Shown in pieces: positions 31,662 through 44,597 of a stretch of 64,000 nt of DNA. The translations under genes were made by a program, and so were the position numbers. The stretch lies in the NCBI GenBank assembly GCA_963778655.1, contig CAVZVA010000002.1, positions 416,001 to 480,000 of the forward strand, in the 5' to 3' direction. Source of the DNA: an uncultured delta proteobacterium. Lineage in GTDB: Bacteria; Myxococcota_A; Polyangia; Polyangiales; JAFGIB01. Position 1 is the first letter of the stretch; each line of letters begins with the position of its first letter. The notes under the pieces were generated by a model, which was given only the letters and a program-made list of their open reading frames with translations, was not told where the DNA came from and ran no database searches.

Positions 31662-32696
31662 ATGAATTTCACACAGGTCCTGAAACGAATTCCCTACGCT
31701 GCCGGCGTGCTGGCCGGCCTGCTCGCTGGCTGCGCAGCTCGCGCGCCGGCAGACGCGCCCCAGGTCGCCGCGGTCGATCAGGCCTTGACCGTGATCGATT
31801 GCCAGAATCAAGCGGCGCAATGCCTGGGCACGCTGCCAAGCCCGGACAAAATCACGAGCTGTCGGACCGACATGCAGAGCTGCCTGATGCAGGCTCAGAG
31901 CGATCAGCAGGCCCAGGCGACGGCGCTCGGCCAGTGCACCAGCGACGCGATGACCTGCGGGCAGAGCGCGGTGAGCTTCGCGGACGCGATGACCTGCAGG
32001 CAGACCTTCCAGGATTGCGTGAACGGCGTGGTGCAACTGCCGCCCGCGCCGACCACACCGCCGCCGCCGACCTTCCCCATGCTGCCCGGAGCGGGAAGCG
32101 GCAGCGGCACGGGTGGCGCGACCGGCGGCGGCGCGCTCGCCGGCGCCGATCAGTGCCGGCAGGACGCGTTGAGCTGCGTGCAGAGCGCCTCGGGACCGGG
32201 CGACGTCGCGACCTGCGCCGGCGGCTACCGCACCTGCGTCGGCGCGCTGCTGCCGGCGCCGGCGACTTCCCCCGTCACCCCGCCCCCACTTCCGAGCGGC
32301 GGCGGAACCACGGGCGCCGGCGCACCCGGCCTGCCGGGCATACCCGACTTGCAGGCCTGCCGCCAGGACGCGCTCACCTGCGTGGGCAACGCCAGCGGCC
32401 CTGCCGACATCGCCGCGTGCAACGACGCATACCGCACCTGCGCCGGGCTGCCGGCGCTGCCGACGCTACCGACCCTGCCGTCGGGCGGCGGTGGTGCCGC
32501 TGGCGCAGGCGGCGCCGGAACCCCCGGCGCCGGTACCGACTGCTTGCAGGCGCTCAGCCAGTGTCTGCTGACGGGCGGAATGCCGACCGACTGCGCCAGC
32601 CAGGCCAGCGACTGCGCGGGCGTGGCCGCGCCCATGCTACCGACCCCGCCGAGCTTGCCGGGTCTGCCCGGGCTTCCGGGCGCGCCCGCGCACTGA
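31662..32696 (+). CDS. Lipoprotein with five twin-CX6C repeats and Pro/Gly linkers
   Basis: LAGC lipobox; GGAG RBS; CX6C-X12-CX6C four times and CX6C-X9-CX6C once. Confidence 0.82.
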   Translation: MNFTQVLKRIPYAAGVLAGLLAGCAARAPADAPQVAAVDQALTVIDCQNQAAQCLGTLPSPDKITSCRTDMQSCLMQAQSDQQAQATALGQCTSDAMTCGQSAVSFADAMTCRQTFQDCVNGVVQLPPAPTTPPPPTFPMLPGAGSGSGTGGATGGGALAGADQCRQDALSCVQSASGPGDVATCAGGYRTCVGALLPAPATSPVTPPPLPSGGGTTGAGAPGLPGIPDLQACRQDALTCVGNASGPADIAACNDAYRTCAGLPALPTLPTLPSGGGGAAGAGGAGTPGAGTDCLQALSQCLLTGGMPTDCASQASDCAGVAAPMLPTPPSLPGLPGLPGAPAH

Positions 32697-32815
32697 GGCG
32701 CGAACGACTCGAGTCGGCACGTGATCGCCGCGGGCAGTCGACCGCAGCGCCGGTTGGCTGCTCGTGGCGTCTTGCTTGCCGCGCGCCGCACGAAGATGGA
32801 GAGGCTGCGGGAGCG

Positions 32816-33400
32816 ATGATGACGAATCGATGGCGTGCGATGTCGCGGCCCGCGCTGATCGCTGCGGGCGTTCTCGCCTGCAGTTGCGGCGCGGCCGAGA
32901 AGGCGCCCGCCGTCGGCGATCCAGGCGCTTCGGTAGCCACGCCCGCAACCGGCGGAACGGGCGCGCTCGTGACTGCGGCGGACGCGGGCGCCTCCACGGC
33001 CGATGCCGGAGCCGGCGCCGGTGCGGACACGGGCAGCGCGGGCGCCCCCGCCGCCCAGCCTCAGGCCAATGCAGGCAGCGCCACGCCGCAGTCGAACGCG
33101 TGTGCGAGCCCGCACGCGAGCGGCGGTTGCGACGATCCGGCAGTGCAGCAGTGCGTGTGCGGCAGCAGCGGCGACCCCGGGTGCTGCGACAACGCGTGGG
33201 ACGCGATCTGCGTCGGCCTGGTTCAGGGGCTCAAGTGCAAGGGCGATTGCTGCAAGGCCACCGGTGCGCTCGGCTGCGCTGACGCCACGATCGAGAGCTG
33301 CGTGTGCGCGCTCGACCAGGGCTGCTGCGCCAAAGGCTGGGACGACTTCTGCACGATCGTGGCCGAAGGCTCGTGCCAGGCCTGCGCAGCCGGCATGTAG
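32816..33400 (+). CDS. Cys-rich lipoprotein with two GC...CVC..D.GCC...WD..C repeats
   Basis: LACSC lipobox; duplicated Cys motif. Confidence 0.78.
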   Translation: MMTNRWRAMSRPALIAAGVLACSCGAAEKAPAVGDPGASVATPATGGTGALVTAADAGASTADAGAGAGADTGSAGAPAAQPQANAGSATPQSNACASPHASGGCDDPAVQQCVCGSSGDPGCCDNAWDAICVGLVQGLKCKGDCCKATGALGCADATIESCVCALDQGCCAKGWDDFCTIVAEGSCQACAAGM

Positions 33401-33459
33401 CCGGCGAGGTGAGACCAGGAAACACGAAGGCGGGAAGACGGGCAGGGGTTGGCGCCGCG

Positions 33460-37133
<3,674 letters not shown>

Positions 37134-37137
<4 letters not shown>

Positions 37138-38075
37138 GGCTTATCCTCGGGTTTCTCTGCGAACGCGGTCAGAACCGAGAAGCGCGGGGCACGGCGCTCG
37201 TGCGCGCTTACCGCGCAGGCGCTCACGCGCAAGCCGGCTTCTACCAGCATCGCGTGCAGCGCGGAAGGCGCGAAGCCCGGCTGCAGGTGGCCGTAGCCGG
37301 CGGCGATCTCCAGGTGCGTGTGTGCCTCCAGGGTGACGATCGCCAGCTGGCCGCCGGGGCGTAGCACACGCGCCGCCTCGGCCAGCGCACGCGCAGGGTC
37401 GCGCGCGCTGGCGAGCACGTTGAGCATCAGCACTTGGTCGAAACGCCCGGCCGGCAGCGGCAGCGCGTGCATGTCGGCGCATGCGCAGCGCACCTGCGGC
37501 AGCGCGCGCAGGCGGTGCTGCGCGGCCGCGACCACGCGTGGGCTGATGTCGAGGCACAGCATGGAGGCGGTGCGCGGCGCGATCAGCTCGGCGATGGCGC
37601 CGTCGCCGGAGCCGACGTCGAGCACCGCGCCCAGCCGCAGCAGCCCCGCGAACGCTCGGCAGGTCGCCTCCCAGGTGCGCCCCGGCGAATAGTGCCGCTC
37701 CATCTCGCCGGCGACGAGATCGGGCCAGCGCGGATCGGCGCTGCGCGCCCGCACGACCTCGCGCGCGCGGGCGGCGTCGGCGGCCAGCAGCTCGCCCTGC
37801 AGGTCTTGCTCGAGCGTGCGCCAGAGCTTGGCGGGAAGCTCCGGGATCTGCTCGCTCAGCCGGTAGAAGCTCGCGCTTCCGACCCGCCGGTCGCGCACCA
37901 GCCCCGCCTCCCGCAGGCGCCCCAAATGGGTGGAAACGCGGGACTGGCCGAGCTCCGTGATGGCCACCAGCTCGCTCACGCTCAGCTCCTGCCCTGCCAC
38001 CAGCGCAAGCAGGCGCAAACGCGTGGGATCAGCAAAAAGCTGCATCATCTCAGTAGCTTGGTCGACCGCGTCCAT
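37134..38075 (-). CDS. ArsR-HTH plus SAM-methyltransferase regulator (SahR-like)
   Basis: ADPTRLRLL...[20 protein letters not shown] motif; overlaps the metH start. Confidence 0.88.
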
Positions 38076-38090
38076 CGCTCTAGCCGTTTC

Positions 38091-38140
38091 ATCAATGAAT
38101 CATGATTGACGGATTATAGCGGTGCCGCTCGCCGCGTCAA
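38091..38140 (-). promoter_or_regulatory. Sigma70 promoter of sahR-metH with a downstream palindromic operator
   Basis: TTGACG (38135-40), 16 bp, TATAAT (38113-18) on the minus strand; ATCAA-N6-ATGAT at 38091-38106. Confidence 0.72.
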
Positions 38141-38158
38141 CTCTCTGCGCTCGGTCAT

Positions 38159-38301
38159 CGCGTACCCGTGCTCGTCGCGTACCCGTGCTCGTGCGCGTAC
38201 CCGTGCTCGTGCGCGTACCCGTGCTCGTGCGCGTACCCGTGCTCGTGCGCGTACCCGTGCTCGTGCGCGTACCCGTGCTCGTGCGCGTACCCGTGCTCGT
38301 G
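38159..38301. repeat. 18-bp tandem repeat (CGCGTACCCGTGCTCGTG) x8
   Basis: Seen directly; first unit is 17 bp. Confidence 0.97.
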
Positions 38302-38302
38302 C

Positions 38303-39658
38303 TCAGTTGGCGCCGCGTTTGGGCAGCCCGACTACTTCAAATTCCCCGATCGCCTTGGCAATGGTCTCGAACAGCGGCTCCACCTGCTCCAGCTCGAGAC
38401 ACGAGAACGCGATGCGCAGATCGCTGTCGGCGGTCGCGATCAAGCCGACCTGGTGGCGCTCGAGCAGTTGCTCGCGCAGCTTGTGCGCGCTCACGCCCTT
38501 GACCTTGATCAGCATGAAGTAGCCGCTGTTGAAGGGGTACACGTCCCAGCAGGGCTCGAAACGCGGCTGCCTGGCCACGCGGTAGACTTCCTTGGCGCGC
38601 GCCTCGAGCAGGCCGCGCTTCTGTGCGCGCTCGGCGTCGATCGCGCTCGCCGACAGCGCCTTCTCGACCAGGGTTTGCGTGAGCTGCGGGCTGTTGCTGA
38701 CCACCGCGCGGATGTCGCCGCGGGTCTTGGCGTCCAGCACATCGAGCACCTCTGCCGAGCCCTCTGCCCGGCCCGGTCCGAACGAGATGAAGCCGCAGCG
38801 CAGACCCCACACGAACAGCTCCTTGGTCGCGCCGTCGAGCTTCACCGCCAGCAGGTTCGGATGCAGGTTGGTCAGGCGGCCGAACAGCGACTCGGTCATG
38901 GAGCGCCCGCCCAGGTGATAGAACAGGCCGAAGTACGCGTCGTCGCACAGCACGACCAGCTTGGTCCCGGCCTTGGCCCGGGCTTCCAGCGCGGCCACGA
39001 TCGCCTCGCCCTCGGCGTCAGTCGGCATGTAGCCGGTCGGGTTGTTGGGAAAGTTCAGCAACACGACCAGCTTGTCGCGGCCCTGGGCGTGGCGCTCGAG
39101 CGCGTCGCGGAAGGCCGCGCTGTTGAAGCCCTGCCCGGCGAAGAAGCCGAACGTCTCGATCCGAGCACCCAGGCGCACCTCGAGCTCGAGCCGGTAGTTG
39201 CCCCACAGCTGGTCGGGCATGATCACGACGTCGCCCGGATCGACGAACAGGTCCGCCGCGAGCGCGATGCCGTGGGTGATCGCGCTGGTCACGATCGGCA
39301 TGCCCCAGCTCTTGCCGCGCAGCGCGGGGTTTTCCTCCTGCAGCTTCTTGCGCCACAGCTCGCGCAAGCCCTGGCGGCCGCTGGGGGGCGCATAGTTGTA
39401 GGCATCCGCGGGCGAGATGCCGCCGAGCGCGGCGTGGATCGAAGGCAGGTACATCGGCTGGCCGCCCTCGGTGGCGATGCCGATGGTGGCGTTGATGCGC
39501 TTGGCCTTTTGTTTGGCCTCGGCGCCCTGACTGAGAATGCCCTTGGGGAAGTAGAGGCGCTTGCCCAGCGCCGAGAGCATCGCGAACACTTCCGGCGCTG
39601 CAGCTTGCAGGCGCTCGTTGAGGGCGCGCGCCAGCGGGTTGTAGCTCGACTCGACCAT
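38303..39658 (-). CDS. PLP-dependent aminotransferase, class I/II
   Basis: NFPNNPTG, DDAY and GATKE...GLRCG motifs. Confidence 0.9.
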   Translation of the reverse strand: MVESSYNPLARALNERLQAAAPEVFAMLSALGKRLYFPKGILSQGAEAKQKAKRINATIGIATEGGQPMYLPSIHAALGGISPADAYNYAPPSGRQGLRELWRKKLQEENPALRGKSWGMPIVTSAITHGIALAADLFVDPGDVVIMPDQLWGNYRLELEVRLGARIETFGFFAGQGFNSAAFRDALERHAQGRDKLVVLLNFPNNPTGYMPTDAEGEAIVAALEARAKAGTKLVVLCDDAYFGLFYHLGGRSMTESLFGRLTNLHPNLLAVKLDGATKELFVWGLRCGFISFGPGRAEGSAEVLDVLDAKTRGDIRAVVSNSPQLTQTLVEKALSASAIDAERAQKRGLLEARAKEVYRVARQPRFEPCWDVYPFNSGYFMLIKVKGVSAHKLREQLLERHQVGLIATADSDLRIAFSCLELEQVEPLFETIAKAIGEFEVVGLPKRGAN

Positions 39659-39813
39659 GACCTTCCTCGCGGCTGCGGATAGCGAATACCGGCGGCAGTC
39701 TAGATGAGCGCCTGCGATTGTCGAGCGCGAGCCGGCGGGACTTGCGCGGCGGCGCGGGCCCCGGCAATGTGGGGCCGCTTTCGGGCGCCACCCGGCGGCC
39801 GGGCGTTTCGATC

Positions 39814-40533
39814 ATGAGCCAGCTCGTCCTGATTCGACATGGCCAGGCCGCGGCCTTCACCGCGGACGCGGACCGCCTGACCGAGCTCGGCCGGCGCCAG
39901 GCACGCAAGCTCGGCGAATACCTGCTGGCGCGGGGCCTGGGCTTCGACGAGGTGCACAGCGGCACGCTGCAGCGCCAGGTGGAAACCGAGCAAATCGTGG
40001 GCGAGACGCTGCGCGCGGGCGGCGCGGCCTGGCCCGAGGCGCGGCGCGACGCCGCCTGGAACGAGTACGACGCTGGGGCGATCAACGCCAAGCTGGGGCC
40101 GCTGCTGTCCGCGCGCGACCCCGGCTACGCCAAGCTGGTGCAGGACTTCCAGCAGCGGGCGCAGGCGCGCGACCGCAACCGTTACTTCCAGCGCATGTTC
40201 GAGGCGCTGATGGCGCGCTGGGTGGACGGCGAGCTGGACGCGGAGGGGGTCGAGCCGTTCGCCACGTTTCACGGCCGGGTGGCGCGGGCGCGCGCCGAGA
40301 TCCTCGGGCGCGAGGGCAGCCGCCGGGTCGGCGTGTTCACCTCGGGCGGGCCGATCGGCGTGTGCGTGCAACTCGCGCTGCAGGCGCCGGAGGCGATGGC
40401 GGTGCAGCTCAACTGGCGGGTCAAGAACGGCTCGCTCACCGAGTTCCTGTTCTCGGGCCCCGAGCGGTTGTCGCTCGATGCCTTCAACAACGTGGCGCAT
40501 CTGGACGACCCCGAGCTGCAGAGCTTCCGGTGA
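39814..40533 (+). CDS. Histidine phosphatase family protein
   Basis: LIRHGQA and FTSGGPI motifs. Confidence 0.88.
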   Translation: MSQLVLIRHGQAAAFTADADRLTELGRRQARKLGEYLLARGLGFDEVHSGTLQRQVETEQIVGETLRAGGAAWPEARRDAAWNEYDAGAINAKLGPLLSARDPGYAKLVQDFQQRAQARDRNRYFQRMFEALMARWVDGELDAEGVEPFATFHGRVARARAEILGREGSRRVGVFTSGGPIGVCVQLALQAPEAMAVQLNWRVKNGSLTEFLFSGPERLSLDAFNNVAHLDDPELQSFR

Positions 40534-40609
40534 AGGGACTTCACAGGAAGGCGTTGCTCTTCCCGTCTTCCCGCCTGCCTGTTACATCTTTGAGAGGCCC
40601 GCACCGGGG

Positions 40610-41488
40610 TCAGCGCTGGCAGTGGGGGCAGTAGAAGCTGGAGCGTTGGCCGATTACCGTGCGGCGGATGCAGGTGCCACAGCTCCTGCAGGGCTCGCCC
40701 TTGCGGGCGTAGACGCGGCGCTCGTCCTGGTAGCCGCCGTCGCTGCCGTCCGGACGCACGTAGTCGCTGATGCTGGAGCCGCCGGTTTCGATCGAGCGCA
40801 GCATCACCTGCTGGGCCGCGGCCACCAGGCGCGCGCAGCGGGCGCGCCCCAGCTTGCGCGCGGGCGTGCTCGGGCGCACGCCCGAAAGAAACAGCGCCTC
40901 GTCGGCGTAGATGTTGCCGATGCCGGCCAGCACCTGTTGGTCGAGCAGCACGCTCTTGATCGCCGCCTTGCGGGTGCGCGCAGCGGCGTACAGGTCCTCG
41001 CCCACCGCGGCGAGCGCGTCGACGCCGAGCTTGTCCAACCGCTCGCAACGCTCGTGCTCGCGCAGCAGCTGCACCTTGCCGAACTTGCGGGCGTCGCGAA
41101 AGTAGATCGCCGGGCCCGCGTCGCCGAAGCGCAGCCGCAGGTGGGTGTGGCGATCGGGCGCAAAGCCCGCGGCCTGGCGCTCGGGCGAGAGCGCGGCGGC
41201 CGCGGCCGAAACCAGCAGCCGCGGGCTGCTCGCGCCCGCCGCGAACAGCTGCCCGGTCATGCCCAGGTGCAGCAGCAAACGGCTGCGGTCGTCGAGCTCG
41301 GCGATCAGGTACTTGCCGTGGCGCTGCAGGCGCTCGACCCGGCGCCCGCGCAGCGCGCGCGCGAGCGCCCGCGGCGGGGTGAGGAAGAAGTAGCTGGCCG
41401 CGGTCGTCGTGACGTCCGCGATGGTGCGTCCCACCAGCAGCGGCGCGATCTGGCGGCGTGTGACCTCGACCTCAGGCAGCTCGGGCAT
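40610..41488 (-). CDS. mutM: Formamidopyrimidine-DNA glycosylase
   Basis: MPELPEVE, HLGMTG, GIGNIYADE and C-terminal zinc finger. Confidence 0.95.
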   Translation of the reverse strand: MPELPEVEVTRRQIAPLLVGRTIADVTTTAASYFFLTPPRALARALRGRRVERLQRHGKYLIAELDDRSRLLLHLGMTGQLFAAGASSPRLLVSAAAAALSPERQAAGFAPDRHTHLRLRFGDAGPAIYFRDARKFGKVQLLREHERCERLDKLGVDALAAVGEDLYAAARTRKAAIKSVLLDQQVLAGIGNIYADEALFLSGVRPSTPARKLGRARCARLVAAAQQVMLRSIETGGSSISDYVRPDGSDGGYQDERRVYARKGEPCRSCGTCIRRTVIGQRSSFYCPHCQR

Positions 41489-41752
41489 GTGTTGCGCGAG
41501 CCTACAGTCTGTGCCGCGCGCTGGCATGTGCCATCTGCCGCCGGCGGCGCCCGGGTTGCGCTGGCGAGCAGATCCACGCACTTGCGGCCCTCGCGCGTGG
41601 AAAGCCTCGCGGCTGTGGCCACGCGGAGATCCGCTTTACGGCTTTCGCAGCTCGCAGCGCTCTCGTACCCTTGCTAGTGCTCTGGCCGTGGGGTTGCGGG
41701 TCTCCGTGCACCCGCTCGGCGGCCAGCGCAAAGGGCGCGCAGAACCGCGGAC

Positions 41753-42391
41753 ATGGCTCGATTGCTCGGAACATCGCTGCTGTGTCTGCTGGCCGCCTGC
41801 GGCGCCAGCGCGAGCGGCGCGGGCAAGGAGCTGAGCAGTATGCCGCGGCCCGACGACCTGCACCCGGCGCAGTACGAGCAGGCGTTCGCCAGCTACCAGC
41901 GCGCCTGCGATCGCGGCGAGCCCAAGGGCTGCGGCTACCTCGGCTTCATGTACGACAACGGCTTCGGGGTGGCGACCGACACGGCGCTCGCGATCGAGCT
42001 GTCGGAGCGCGCGTGCGGCGAGGGCAGCGCGTACGGCTGCGCGTACCTCGGCTACCTGTATCGCATCGGACGCGGGGTGCTGCGCGACGACGACCGCGCG
42101 GCCAAGCTGTTCCGGCGCGCGTGCGAGGACGACGAGCTGAGCGGCTGCGTGGGGCTGGCGATCATGTACAAGTCGGGCTCGGGCGTGCCGCGCGACTTCG
42201 AATACGCTGCGCGGCTGTTCCGCCGTGCGTGCGACCAGGGCGATCCGCTCGCGTGCTACAGCCTCGGCTACATGTACGCGAACGGCGAGGGCGTCGACCG
42301 TGACATGGAGCAGGCGGGCCGGCTGTTCCGGAGCGCCTGCGAAAGCGGCGACCGCGTGGGCTGCGACGCCGCCAAACAACTGCGGAAATAG
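41753..42391 (+). CDS. Sel1-like repeat lipoprotein (Cys-rich, Hcp-like)
   Basis: LAAC lipobox; repeats C..LG.MY..G.GV..D...A..LF.RAC. Confidence 0.88.
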   Translation: MARLLGTSLLCLLAACGASASGAGKELSSMPRPDDLHPAQYEQAFASYQRACDRGEPKGCGYLGFMYDNGFGVATDTALAIELSERACGEGSAYGCAYLGYLYRIGRGVLRDDDRAAKLFRRACEDDELSGCVGLAIMYKSGSGVPRDFEYAARLFRRACDQGDPLACYSLGYMYANGEGVDRDMEQAGRLFRSACESGDRVGCDAAKQLRK

Positions 42392-42454
42392 CGGCGGTCG
42401 CCGCATCGGGCACGGCGGCTTGCCAAGCTTCCAGTGACGCCGGACAATCCTCGC

Positions 42455-43309
42455 ATGCTGCTATCGCGCGAGGAGATGACGCTGGATTTCGCGGGTGCGC
42501 GGCTCCACCCGGAGCGCGATCGCGAGATCTTGCAGTGGATCTTCAACCAGTTCCTGTACGGCGAGGTGACCGGCATTCAGGTCGGGCAGTGGCTGTACGA
42601 CGCGCCCGATCTGGAGTCGGCGCGCTTCCTGGCCAAGCAGGCGATCGAGGAGCTGCAGCACATCGGAAACTTCCTGCGCATCATGCAGATGCTCGGGCTC
42701 ACGCCGGGCAAGCCGCACCCGGTGATCCGCTTTCTGGCCACCGGCATGATGGCCGACAGCTGGGCCGAGCACGTCTCGATGGAGATGGCGACCGGCGAGG
42801 GCTTCGTGCTGATGGCGTTCTACGCGATGATCGACACGCTCGACCATCCCGAAGCGGTGGAGATCCTGGCGCGCGCGGTACGTCAGGAGGAAGGGCACGT
42901 CGACTTCGGCGAGCAGCAAACCATGCGTCTGGTGGCCCGCGATCCTGGGCTGCGGCGCAGGCTGCTGGGCCTGAGCCTGGTGTGGATGTGGGGCGTGCGC
43001 CGGCTCGCGCGCTTCATGCAGAGCCGCTTGCCCGCGCACGACGCGTTGCGGCGCCTGCCGGATTTCCTGGCGCTGTGTCTGCAGTGCAACGAGCTGCGGC
43101 TGCAGCGCATGGGCGTGCTCGACCGGCCGCTCGCCGAGCTCGGCGCGGCGCACGAGGCGGCGCTGATCGCCGAGGCCTACGCGCGCAAGAGCCGCGACGC
43201 CACGCTCAAGCTGCTGCGCGTGCCCGAGCTGCGCGGCAAGAAGCGGCTGACCGAGACCTACCTCGACGATCCCGCAGTGCGCGCCCTAGCGAGCATGCAG
43301 GATGGGTGA
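42455..43309 (+). CDS. Ferritin-like di-iron protein
   Basis: E...EELQH and E...EEGH ligand pairs; TTGCCA-17-GACAAT-6-ATG supports this start. Confidence 0.8.
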   Translation: MLLSREEMTLDFAGARLHPERDREILQWIFNQFLYGEVTGIQVGQWLYDAPDLESARFLAKQAIEELQHIGNFLRIMQMLGLTPGKPHPVIRFLATGMMADSWAEHVSMEMATGEGFVLMAFYAMIDTLDHPEAVEILARAVRQEEGHVDFGEQQTMRLVARDPGLRRRLLGLSLVWMWGVRRLARFMQSRLPAHDALRRLPDFLALCLQCNELRLQRMGVLDRPLAELGAAHEAALIAEAYARKSRDATLKLLRVPELRGKKRLTETYLDDPAVRALASMQDG

Positions 43310-43374
43310 AGGGTCGGGCCGAATCTCCTTTCGGAATCACAGGAAGGCGGCATGCCTGGAGATCGGGGAGGCGG

Positions 43375-44559
43375 TCAGGGGTGGGGGATGCGCCAGAGCT
43401 GGGAGCCGGGGAGCATGGCGACCGTCAGATAGACGGCGGTGTCGTCCACGTCGAGGCCGCTCGCCGTGCCGGCACCCTTGACCACCAGGCCGCAGCTGCT
43501 GCCGTCGAGCGCGGTCCAGCCGACGTTGCCGCCGTCGTCCAGGAAGTAGAGCCGCTGGCCGATCAGCAGCATGCGCGTGATCAGGCCGAAGGCGGAGCCG
43601 CCCGGGCCGGGGCCGCCGCGCGCGAGCGGCTTGCGCACGGCGGGCTGGCCGATCGGGGTGCTGCGAATCTCGCCGCCGTCCGCCCAGTACAGGGTGGTGC
43701 CATCGCTCTCGACCGCGCCCACGCCGAAGGTCGAGCCCGTGGTCAGCGTCTCGGGGCTGCTGCCCTCGAGGATAGACACGCGCGCGACCTGCAGCCCGGG
43801 CGCGTCGGCGTAGTAGAGCAACCCGGAGCGTAGCTTCATGTCGTTAGCCGCAACGCCGCTGACGATCGTCGTGGGCGGCGTGCCGTCGAGCGGAAAGCGC
43901 AGCAGGGTGTGTCCCGGCACGTCGGCGAAGTACAGATTCGCGGCGTCGAAGTTGAAGTAGGAGACCGCGTGCTGCAGGCCGCCCCCAACCAGCTCCGGCG
44001 TGGCGTTGGTCGCGCTCAGCGAGGTCTTCCAGATCGAGCCGTTCTGGAACCAGTACAGGTGCAGATCGGCAGCCAGGATTTCGCTGACTCCGCCGGCTGA
44101 GGCGACGCGCTCGAGCGCGCCGCCGGCCGCGGGCACCCGGAAGATGCCGTCCTTCGCATCGACCACGAACAACCCGGAGGATGAGCTCGCCAGCGCCGAA
44201 AGCTGGCGCGGTCCCGTGTAGAGCACGCTGAGCGCGGAGCCGAGCGCGTCCGGCGAGGGCCCGTCGGGTGTGCAAGCCTGGGGGCTCGGCGCGGGACCGC
44301 GCGGGGCGATCGGCAGCTGCGGCGCGGCGTCCGCAACGGGCGGCGCGGCGTCGTGAGCCGCGTCGAAACCGATCGTCGCCGGCGTGCCGCCAGCATCCGG
44401 GATGCACGCCAGCTGTGCGCACGGGTCTTGGGGCGCGTGCTTGGAACACGCACCCGCGTGAAGCGCGAGAGCGCACGCCCCCAGCAGCAGCATCGCCGCC
44501 CGCCCGCTGGCGCCGGCCGCGCGGGACGCCGCCCCGCGCAGTGTCGACCTTCCCCGCAT
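43375..44559 (-). CDS. Beta-propeller lipoprotein (LYW/LYF repeats); start may be 44493
   Basis: AGAC lipobox; repeated D...LY(W/F/Y)AD blades. Confidence 0.72.
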   Translation of the reverse strand: MRGRSTLRGAASRAAGASGRAAMLLLGACALALHAGACSKHAPQDPCAQLACIPDAGGTPATIGFDAAHDAAPPVADAAPQLPIAPRGPAPSPQACTPDGPSPDALGSALSVLYTGPRQLSALASSSSGLFVVDAKDGIFRVPAAGGALERVASAGGVSEILAADLHLYWFQNGSIWKTSLSATNATPELVGGGLQHAVSYFNFDAANLYFADVPGHTLLRFPLDGTPPTTIVSGVAANDMKLRSGLLYYADAPGLQVARVSILEGSSPETLTTGSTFGVGAVESDGTTLYWADGGEIRSTPIGQPAVRKPLARGGPGPGGSAFGLITRMLLIGQRLYFLDDGGNVGWTALDGSSCGLVVKGAGTASGLDVDDTAVYLTVAMLPGSQLWRIPHP

Positions 44560-44597
44560 CCCGCGCTCCTGCGTGTGCCCGTCAGCATACACTCCGA

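Noticed and set aside
38076..38160. SAM or cobalamin riboswitch for metH
   Set aside because: Predicted leader is only about 30 nt and has no aptamer motifs
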